Source: a virus. Taken from it: 64,000 bases of DNA. This document shows positions 56,514 to 64,000 of the stretch, one piece after another (within the stretch, counting starts at the first letter, position 1; every line of letters begins with the position of its first letter). A program made the translations under genes and the position numbers. The stretch is taken from IMG/VR virus record IMGVR_UViG_3300025151_003852, positions 1 to 64,000 of that record; one strand, 5' to 3'. The notes under the pieces are model-generated. The model saw only the letters and a list, made by a program, of their open reading frames with translations, was not told the origin of the DNA and searched no databases.

Positions 56514-59500
56514 TTAAGACTGCATTGTTGCAGGAGTTAGTGCCGGTACAATTACTATATCGTTTGTAGTAGCCGCGTTCACAAATATTTCATACGGTCT
56601 ACATTTAATTTCATATAAATCACCGAATAATTTTTCTGGGTCATCTGAAACAAGTATAACCGAACTCACTAGTTCTCCTATTTGTTCATGTAGATACGCA
56701 CTCAATTCTGAAAAGAAGAAAGTATCGCCAAAGTTCCAATTGTTAATATCAAAATAACTATCCATTGCCGCTAACACAGAACTTCTAATTTCACTATTAG
56801 ATGCATTTGTTGATTGTGATTTTACCACTTTAATAGTTGCTCTCAATGATTGATCTGCTTTAGGTCCAAACAATGGTTTAAACGTAACACTATTTAATAT
56901 GACTGAATCTGACAGCATTTTATAATCTTGTATTAAAGGATACTGAATATTCAATTCATTTAATGTTGGTTGATCAGGTTTCTTAACTGTATCCGTTGTG
57001 TCTTTAATATAATTATTAAATGCCGTGTAGTATGACTGTGTTACTACATAAAGATCAACAATGTTAGTTGTTGCTGGATCAATACGTGTTGTGTTATTAG
57101 CATTGTGTCTATACTGATAATCTAATCCTTGTCTTCCCGACTTAACAGAATAATCTAACTGCTCAGTCATAATATAATTAGGAGTAGTTATTGTGGGGTC
57201 TTGTATAGACTTATAGAATTTATTATCAGTGTATGCATAAAATAATTGTCCTACAGGGAATTCGTATTTGACAATTTCAATTTGATTTTTAGTTCCATAA
57301 GTGTAAACAACATCACTGCTAGGCACAATTAATTGTCTTGTTAAATTTACTGGATCAGTAATAGTTCTAAAGAATACATACACTCCAATATTTGCACCAT
57401 TGTTTACATAACCAGTAATATCATTAAAGAAGTCTGGGTCTAATATTAATTGACCATTGTTGACATCAGTTGCGGCAACTTCAACTTGGAAGTCGTTTAC
57501 ATAACCGTCACTTTCAACAGTTTGTCCTAAAATATTAACTTTAGTATCTTCGCCTAATGCAGTTGCTGTATTGAATACTGTGTTAATACCTAGTACATTA
57601 ATAAAGTCTTGTATGATTTTACCTGTAAACGGATCGTACACTAATTCATCTTTACTAAAAGTAAATCTTGTATCAGCAACACTACCAAAATAGTATGTTA
57701 ACGATCTATAAGTTACTGTATAACGATTGTTTCCTAAACTAGTAAATTTAACAAAGTAATTTGCATTTGATGCAGACCCTATTGACCAACGTTCTTGGTT
57801 AATTAATAGTGAGTTGTTAAAAATTAAAGTAAAATCTTGTTGTAATTCAATTTTAAGAATTGCTTCTTGTATAACCGCACTTGATAAAGAATTATCAAAC
57901 ACTGGAATAATTTCTGTAAGTATTACTCCGTCAGGTATATAACCATTTACTGTTACTGGTCCTTTGCCATTTGCAAATGTTCCTTCGCCGTTGTTGTTAC
58001 CATCTCCAACAACATTTAATATTGTTGACCATATATAATTTTTCTCTCCGCCAGTAGGCACACCTGCAACTAGACGATTGTTTTCATCAAAGTAAAAACC
58101 TGTCGGCGCATCAAATTTTAATAATGCTCCTTGTGTTGCATATTTTGCATTAGTAGTCGTAAATGTTCCTATAGGCTGAGGTCTTTCTATTGTTCCGTCA
58201 AGTGAATAAAAGTATCCTGTTTCACTTGATGAGTCAACAGAACTTGTTTTCCAATATAAAGTATTTCCGCCACCTGTGCCTGGATAAGCATAACGAGTAT
58301 AATTTTGAATGTAATATTGATTAGCACGATTCAATGCAAGTACAGATGCTAAATCATCTGTAAAGAACTGAATAATATCTGATGTGTTGTTTACTTGTAA
58401 AGTTAAAAACCCGTCAGCATTATCTTGGTACAATGCGCCATCATCACCAAATGAATTAGTGCTTGAATACTTACCTGTTGGGTCGAGTAAATCTAAGTTT
58501 TTAGATACACCGATTGAACTTCTATTAATTGCTTTCGATTTTATAATAGAGTTGTATAAAGTGTACGGGAAGTTTGTATAGTCTTCTCCGTTAACCATTC
58601 TATTTTGTGTATAGTATCTTGTTGGTGCTCTTTGTTTAATTTGTGCTATTGGTTCTCTTGCTTGAGCATTTGTTACTGCAACCGGCAATGAAAAATTCAT
58701 AGTCAAAGTTTGAGTACTACCTACTCTGTCAATATAATTAATAGAAACACTTACTCCGTTCATTTCTGAAGGATCGATAGTATATGTTAATGCATTGCTT
58801 GATCTTACATATGCTCTAAAGTTACCTACGGGCATTTCTGAAAACACACCGTCACCGAATACATATGTAACTTGATCATTTACACGTGAGTTTACAGAAA
58901 AGATTTTCTTATCACTTGATTCTGTTTGCAAGTATGCATCGGCATAAACATTTTCTACTTGATTCCATGACCCTAATGTATTGTCTGCGTTTGTTTGATA
59001 CAACCATGTATCAGTTTCGTTGACACCCACAACATCAATATTAATTGTTTGGTTTGAAATTTGTTGTTGAAAATTAAAATTGAATGGGGTCAATGTTCCT
59101 TGTTTAAAGAAAAACATAAATCCTGTATTGGGACTACCAAAACCTAATTTATCATTTCTATATAACATGTTGATTTGATTAGTTGGTGCTGGTGGAATTT
59201 CATAAACATAATCTTCATCTAGTGTTGTTGCACTGACTAATTCAAAGTTCATTCCTTGACCATCTACTTGTGACGTAAAGGGAACAATTGGCATCGTTCC
59301 TTCTGGAAGTCTTATTCCATATTCACTTGTTGTAACACCTAAGACTTCAGCAGTATTACCTGGACGTCCTATTTTTTGCGAGTCTACCATAGCCGCATTA
59401 AATATTGTGTTCATTTGATCTAACCAATTAGTGTTAGATGGATCATTCCAACTGATCGGATTGTTACTTAAGTTTACGCCATTTGCATCTGTGATATTTT

Positions 59501-59879
59501 CAGTTGTTCTGACAGACTGAACTTTTAAGAAACCAGATGCACATGAATTTCTTTTTGGTGTGTATCCAACTAAGTCTGCTAATTTTACTACAGAGTCTCT
59601 GCGTTCGGCCGTGTCGATGAAATTTTCACGTGTGTTTAAATCATTTCTAAAGGCAAGACCTTGACCCATAAAAGCCATGACATCAAGTAGAGCAATAAAC
59701 TCTGAACTTTCGATATAATCATTGTAGGTTTCAGGATAATAAAGTCTAATATAATCGATAAAACTTTTTCTTAGAGTTTCATAATCGTATGATCGGAAGT
59801 CTGCCTCACGAAAGGTTTCGTAGATTGCTTTCCAATCATTTACTCCAAAGAGACCTGATTGCCTTGAACTTGTAGCCAT
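56514..59879 (-). CDS. Baseplate wedge subunit, T4 gp6-like
   Basis: YDYETLRKSFIDY..ND...SE..ALLDVMA..NTRENFIDTAERRDSVVKLA..VGY.PKR, FGDGVF..P, E...IKQRAP..Y.TQNRMVNGEDY, YFDINNWNFG. Start moved to ATG 59879. Confidence 0.82.
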   Translation of the reverse strand: MATSSRQSGLFGVNDWKAIYETFREADFRSYDYETLRKSFIDYIRLYYPETYNDYIESSEFIALLDVMAFMGQGLAFRNDLNTRENFIDTAERRDSVVKLADLVGYTPKRNSCASGFLKVQSVRTTENITDANGVNLSNNPISWNDPSNTNWLDQMNTIFNAAMVDSQKIGRPGNTAEVLGVTTSEYGIRLPEGTMPIVPFTSQVDGQGMNFELVSATTLDEDYVYEIPPAPTNQINMLYRNDKLGFGSPNTGFMFFFKQGTLTPFNFNFQQQISNQTINIDVVGVNETDTWLYQTNADNTLGSWNQVENVYADAYLQTESSDKKIFSVNSRVNDQVTYVFGDGVFSEMPVGNFRAYVRSSNALTYTIDPSEMNGVSVSINYIDRVGSTQTLTMNFSLPVAVTNAQAREPIAQIKQRAPTRYYTQNRMVNGEDYTNFPYTLYNSIIKSKAINRSSIGVSKNLDLLDPTGKYSSTNSFGDDGALYQDNADGFLTLQVNNTSDIIQFFTDDLASVLALNRANQYYIQNYTRYAYPGTGGGNTLYWKTSSVDSSSETGYFYSLDGTIERPQPIGTFTTTNAKYATQGALLKFDAPTGFYFDENNRLVAGVPTGGEKNYIWSTILNVVGDGNNNGEGTFANGKGPVTVNGYIPDGVILTEIIPVFDNSLSSAVIQEAILKIELQQDFTLIFNNSLLINQERWSIGSASNANYFVKFTSLGNNRYTVTYRSLTYYFGSVADTRFTFSKDELVYDPFTGKIIQDFINVLGINTVFNTATALGEDTKVNILGQTVESDGYVNDFQVEVAATDVNNGQLILDPDFFNDITGYVNNGANIGVYVFFRTITDPVNLTRQLIVPSSDVVYTYGTKNQIEIVKYEFPVGQLFYAYTDNKFYKSIQDPTITTPNYIMTEQLDYSVKSGRQGLDYQYRHNANNTTRIDPATTNIVDLYVVTQSYYTAFNNYIKDTTDTVKKPDQPTLNELNIQYPLIQDYKMLSDSVILNSVTFKPLFGPKADQSLRATIKVVKSQSTNASNSEIRSSVLAAMDSYFDINNWNFGDTFFFSELSAYLHEQIGELVSSVILVSDDPEKLFGDLYEIKCRPYEIFVNAATTNDIVIVPALTPATMQS

Positions 59880-59920
59880 AGTTTTTCCCTGTTTCAAGTA
59901 TTTATCTTTATGGAAAAACC
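59880..59920 (-). promoter_or_regulatory. Late promoter ATAAATA (59899-59905) in the loop of an SD-sequestering hairpin
   Basis: Perfect inverted repeat GTTTTTCC (59881-59888) / GGAAAAAC (59912-59919). The 3' arm overlaps the AGGGA SD and ends 1 nt before the ATG. Confidence 0.62.
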
Positions 59921-59928
59921 GACTTTTT

Positions 59929-60378
59929 TTATGCTATTGTGGCAGTATTTGTTTGAGAATCAAAGAATAATGCTAGATCTCCTGCATTATTATATGGAGT
60001 AATAGACAATTGAACTTCTATTAAAATGCCATTATCTCTAGGATATGCTTGTATTGTGTTGATTGTAAGGCGAGGGTCTAAACCAGCAACTCGTCTGACT
60101 TCATTTTGTATTGCAGTTTGAACGTCACTTGTATTAGGCTCAAAGATAAAGTCCCATAATGTAGTTCCATAATTAGGCTTACCTACTTTTTCACCTCGTC
60201 TAATGTTAAGTGCATTAACCAAGTCTTGTATAACAAGTTGTTCATCAGTTAATTTAAACTTTTTACCAAAAACGATGGGGTTAGTTATGCCGTTGGCTTC
60301 TCCATCAATAGCAGGTGCAGGATTAACCGTACGAGGTTTATCTGCATTAATTGTTGAAAATCCTATGTAAGTTGCCAT
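59929..60378 (-). CDS. Baseplate wedge subunit, T4 gp25-like
   Basis: LTDEQLVIQDLVNALNIRRGEKVGKPNYGTTLWDFIFEP..DPR, characteristic of the GPW/gp25 family. Confidence 0.88.
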   Translation of the reverse strand: MATYIGFSTINADKPRTVNPAPAIDGEANGITNPIVFGKKFKLTDEQLVIQDLVNALNIRRGEKVGKPNYGTTLWDFIFEPNTSDVQTAIQNEVRRVAGLDPRLTINTIQAYPRDNGILIEVQLSITPYNNAGDLALFFDSQTNTATIA

Positions 60379-60383
60379 AATAC

Positions 60384-60391
60384 TATTTATA
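60384..60391 (-). promoter_or_regulatory. T4-type late promoter TATAAATA
   Basis: Exact consensus match, intergenic, 5 nt upstream of the gp25-like ATG. Confidence 0.75.
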
Positions 60392-60396
60392 TCCTG

Positions 60397-63300
60397 TTAT
60401 TTTAACTTCCAAGTATCACCATCAAACACCCACTTAAGTACACCGCCGCCTACAACACCTGATGAGATAAAGTTCTCATTAATATTAATAGTGCCGCCGA
60501 TAGCAACGTCTTGTCCTACACCTCCGGCGCCATCTGTGTTATCTGATGTCAATGGACCATCACCAAGGTCATCTCCAACAACACTTTCAACTGTATTATC
60601 TGGTACCCATTCGGTTCCAGTTATAATGGGTGTATAGTCAGTTGTGTAAGGTTCAGTTAGATATGCTGTCCATTCAGTACCCACATACGTTTTTGCAATA
60701 GTTGCTAAAATGTTTGAATATGTTGTGTCGGTGTATTGAGATTTATCTACAGGAATGAAACCGGCTGAGATGGTATCCGTAAAGTAATTGAAGTTAGATT
60801 CGTATGAAGGGGGTGTTCCTGCCAACGTGCCGTCTCCGTTTGCACCAAAAGGATCAGCAAATGAATCTCCAGTAAGTCCTGCATCAGCATAGTTTTGTAA
60901 TGTATTTTCAATATCACTAAACGGATTAGTTTCTGGTTGTATTGTTTCTTCTACTGTAATATTATCGAACAATGTTTCTGCGGCTTTAATTTTGTTTACT
61001 AAGTTTGTGTATGTAGGTGATGATGCGGCCGCTTCATATGCCGCTTCAGCCGCCGCAATTTCGGGTGAACCTGCAGGGAATTTTGTTTGTGCTTCAAACA
61101 GAGCCTTTTGCTTTTGAGCAATTCCTTTAGATAACACACTTAATGTTTGTATATCATTTGACAGTTCTTTTTTAACTTGTAATAAAGCAGTAGCCGCAGT
61201 GATCGCACCTTGAGGTATTTCTCCTAATAAGTTCGGTCTAGGTACAATAGGATCTCCTAACACTCCGTCTATTAAATTTGTAATTTTAGATCGATCATAT
61301 GTATTAACTGCTACTACAGGTAGTTTGATAGTTGAGCCGCCACCTGCTGTTAATGATGATAATGCTGATTGTAGTGCGGCTGATGCTCCTGGACTCAATG
61401 CATTAGATAACGGTCCAGAAGTAGCACCGATCAATTGATCTGTCATAGAGTTGAAACTCTTACTGATTTCCCCTAAAGCAGACTCTCCTGTATATGCTAG
61501 ATTTCCTGCATCAACACCTGAAAATGCTTGTTGACCTAATGTCTGTAATGCACCAGTAACATTATCTATACCGTCTGCTATTGGATTAACTGCGCCGACA
61601 GCATTGTTTACAACTGATCCTGCTAGTTTTTGTCCACCGGGTAATTGACTTACACCCGATGCTACTGTTCCTGCTATTTTTGATTGTAGACCTGCTTGTA
61701 CTTGTGTTGCCGCGGCACTCAGTGTTCCTTGCTGTGTTAAAGTTTCAGGGTTAACTCCAATTGCATTCGTAGCATTGACTGCATCATTAATAGCCGCTAC
61801 AGCAGTTGGGTCACCCGAGGAGACTAGTGCGGCTACTGCACCTGATTGTGATACTGCCGCGCCTGAGAACGCATCAATTGCGCCTGCTCCGACTGCATCT
61901 GCAAGGCCTGTAGAAATAGATGATGTGCTTGGAATATCTAAGCCAGTCATTCCTGCACTTGCTCCTGCTACTGCGGCCGCGGCTGCTCCTGCAGTAGCCG
62001 CTAAATCAACTGGTACGTCAGCAGGTAACACAGGGAAAGAATTTACAATAGACTTAAATGATGAAGCCGATGCCCCTATATTTAGATCGGCGCCTACGCC
62101 CGGTAAGTCAAGCCCACTTTGATTGAGAGTATCTAATGCTGATACGATACCACCTGTAGCACCCGATAAAGCAGATGCTAACATAGCACCCGATCCGCTT
62201 TTCATTTTTGACAAGACTGAAGTTTGTCCTCCAACAGGATTAATGTCTGAACCTTCGACAGCATACTTATTGACAATTGATGACACATCTTTTGCATTTT
62301 CAAAAAGATCACCTTTATCGGCTTTTGTTGTCATTGTACCTTGCACAAGTGCTCCGATTCCTCCTTGAGATTCTTTACCAGATACAACACCTAACTTTTG
62401 CAATACTTTTTGTCCTTTTTGTAAAACTTGTGCACCTGACTTTGCTTGTGCGGCAGATGCACCTGTAAATTGCTCTAATGAATTAATACCTGATTGTCCA
62501 GAGAAGGCTTGAGCAGGCATTACTGAGGCTAATTTATCCGGGTTGATCCATCCTACATTATTTTCTGCTACACCTAAAGCCTGTTCAGTCTTTGAACCTA
62601 TGCCTCCTGCATTAAGACCAATTAAAGTATTAACCATAGTGTCTGCGCCGGGCTTAAGAACACCACCTTGAGCCATCTGAGATGGTGTTTGACCAAACAC
62701 ACCTACAACTGCTGTTGATGCAGTTCCTGTCACATCGTTAACGACATCAGTAATAGCCGCTTGAACTTCATTGCCTGATACCCCGATACCCACACCGAAA
62801 TCAGTACCAGTATCTTGTGCTATGCTACCTAGCATTTGTGCAGTAGCATTTTTATCTAGTGCATCACTGATGCCACCTACTTCATTAATTGATGCGGCTA
62901 TTGAAGGATTTGCTAGTTGAACGGCTCCTCCTAAATCTCCTGCTAAGTCTGAATTTAAACCCGCTATTGTTTCTGTAGGTTCTGCTGGCAGTGAGCCTTC
63001 AGCCGTGGGGTCTACTTGTACATCTGCACCTTGGTTTGCATTCATCCAAGGCATGTGAGCAGGCGCACGTGAAGTAATACTTGGGAGTTTTGCTAATGCG
63101 GCAGCCCAGCCTTTATTATCATCAAATAAAGTATCTGGGTGCATAATGACTTCTATTGGTTCAACTACGTCAGGACTCAAACTAGCCGCACCATCATTTA
63201 AATGTATCTTTGTGCCTTCGTTGTATATTTCAGAGTCAGATTTTATTCCTACTTGACCGACTGCTTCTAATGCAACAGCCGCATCTGCTTTAAATTTTAA

Positions 63301-64000
63301 ATTTTGCAATGCAAAAAGATTGTAATCTTCTCCTACCCTTTGTTTAAATTGTTTGTCTGCATTTAAGTAGGTATCCTCTGATGAATTTATGTTTACGTTT
63401 TTTCCACTGATGTTGACTGTTTCATCTGCATGTAAATTAAGATCACCTTGAGTACGTAAGTTAATAGAGTTTGTACTAAAAACATCTACTGTTCCTTCTT
63501 TACCTAATTCAATATATGATTGTCCATTTGCATGTAGGATAGATAACATTTGTCCGTCATCACTCATCGTTATCTGATGTCCTAATGCTGTACGTAATCT
63601 AATTAACTGGTCTCTACCAATGATGTCTCCATCATCCATAACAAGTGAGTGGCCACCTCGTCTTGTTACTACTCTAAAGTCTTCAGCATCATCTCCTAAT
63701 TTACCTGCAATGTCTTCATCTGTTGCACCACCCATATAAACAGGACGTCCCGGAGTACTAACACCCCAGCCTACTCTACTAGATGCTTCTCTTGTTGCAC
63801 TTGAGCCTATAGGACCTCTATATTTGTCTCTGAGAACACCTTGTTGTTGCATGATAGATGCAGTATAACTATGAACTGGTTTTGCATCTCTTAAATAATT
63901 AACACTATCAGCAATATCTTTGTTATTTGTATTAATATTAGTAGTTGGTAATCTTGCGGCGCCGCCATAGGATGCCGCTTCTGCTCCATTAAGAGTTACA
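60397..64000 (-). CDS. Baseplate hub/spike protein, gp5/VgrG-like, with long Ala/Gly/Ser-rich C-terminal extension (5' end outside window)
   Basis: The frame stays open from 63852 to the window edge. SSATRE..SRV.GVSTPG, GHSLVMDDG, RLRTALGHQITMSD, beta-helix-like NLHAD.VNI repeats, PAHMPW. Lies directly upstream of gp25. Confidence 0.72.
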   Translation of the reverse strand, partial: VTLNGAEAASYGGAARLPTTNINTNNKDIADSVNYLRDAKPVHSYTASIMQQQGVLRDKYRGPIGSSATREASSRVGWGVSTPGRPVYMGGATDEDIAGKLGDDAEDFRVVTRRGGHSLVMDDGDIIGRDQLIRLRTALGHQITMSDDGQMLSILHANGQSYIELGKEGTVDVFSTNSINLRTQGDLNLHADETVNISGKNVNINSSEDTYLNADKQFKQRVGEDYNLFALQNLKFKADAAVALEAVGQVGIKSDSEIYNEGTKIHLNDGAASLSPDVVEPIEVIMHPDTLFDDNKGWAAALAKLPSITSRAPAHMPWMNANQGADVQVDPTAEGSLPAEPTETIAGLNSDLAGDLGGAVQLANPSIAASINEVGGISDALDKNATAQMLGSIAQDTGTDFGVGIGVSGNEVQAAITDVVNDVTGTASTAVVGVFGQTPSQMAQGGVLKPGADTMVNTLIGLNAGGIGSKTEQALGVAENNVGWINPDKLASVMPAQAFSGQSGINSLEQFTGASAAQAKSGAQVLQKGQKVLQKLGVVSGKESQGGIGALVQGTMTTKADKGDLFENAKDVSSIVNKYAVEGSDINPVGGQTSVLSKMKSGSGAMLASALSGATGGIVSALDTLNQSGLDLPGVGADLNIGASASSFKSIVNSFPVLPADVPVDLAATAGAAAAAVAGASAGMTGLDIPSTSSISTGLADAVGAGAIDAFSGAAVSQSGAVAALVSSGDPTAVAAINDAVNATNAIGVNPETLTQQGTLSAAATQVQAGLQSKIAGTVASGVSQLPGGQKLAGSVVNNAVGAVNPIADGIDNVTGALQTLGQQAFSGVDAGNLAYTGESALGEISKSFNSMTDQLIGATSGPLSNALSPGASAALQSALSSLTAGGGSTIKLPVVAVNTYDRSKITNLIDGVLGDPIVPRPNLLGEIPQGAITAATALLQVKKELSNDIQTLSVLSKGIAQKQKALFEAQTKFPAGSPEIAAAEAAYEAAASSPTYTNLVNKIKAAETLFDNITVEETIQPETNPFSDIENTLQNYADAGLTGDSFADPFGANGDGTLAGTPPSYESNFNYFTDTISAGFIPVDKSQYTDTTYSNILATIAKTYVGTEWTAYLTEPYTTDYTPIITGTEWVPDNTVESVVGDDLGDGPLTSDNTDGAGGVGQDVAIGGTININENFISSGVVGGGVLKWVFDGDTWKLK

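Noticed and set aside
5590-62468. Plus-strand track ORFs outside 13654-15515 (e.g. 35689..36207, 40612..40920, 61775..62122)
   Set aside because: They lie antisense to long, motif-bearing minus-strand genes and show no recognisable motifs.
1-64000. Stop-codon reassignment, inteins/introns, tRNAs, IS elements
   Set aside because: Genes are intact and tightly packed under the standard code, with TAA, TGA and TAG all used as stops. Intergenic gaps are mostly too short for RNA genes, and I saw no intein, homing-endonuclease or transposase motifs by eye.
34215-64000. Bacterial T6SS/eCIS locus or eukaryotic giant virus
   Set aside because: T4-like late promoters, SD sequences, overlapping start/stop codons, the gp5-gp25-gp6 order and the absence of Tss/Afp accessory or housekeeping genes fit a large tailed phage better.

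Overview
AT-rich, almost entirely minus-strand, gene-dense segment of a large tailed (myovirus-like) bacteriophage genome. It has T4-style late promoter motifs (TAAATA/TAAGTA) and uses the standard genetic code. The right half (34.2-64 kb) is a tail/baseplate module: a gp5-like hub/spike (runs off the window), gp25- and gp6-like wedge proteins, a 6429-aa repeat-rich baseplate/fibre protein, a fibre with a C-terminal chaperone-like domain, and smaller structural proteins. Directly downstream (1-34.2 kb) lies a ~34-kb chemical-modification cluster: 7 radical SAM enzymes (2 cobalamin-binding, 4 tandem paralogues with an N-terminal Cys cluster), several glycosyltransferase-like proteins, a GDP-mannose 3,5-epimerase-like enzyme, 3 SGNH-like proteins, an amidinotransferase, a short DegT-type aminotransferase, an O-carbamoyltransferase, 2OG-Fe(II)-like cupins and an outer-membrane beta-barrel. 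The cluster ends in a >1838-aa protein that the ORF track missed (<1..5516). It consists of 16 tandem ~67-aa W/F/P-rich repeats with a higher-order 4-repeat period, plus degenerate GT-A-like domains. My best interpretation (inference) is a late-expressed, natural-product-like pathway that builds and chemically decorates a virion or host-surface glycan. All family assignments come from motif recognition by eye; no database searches were run.
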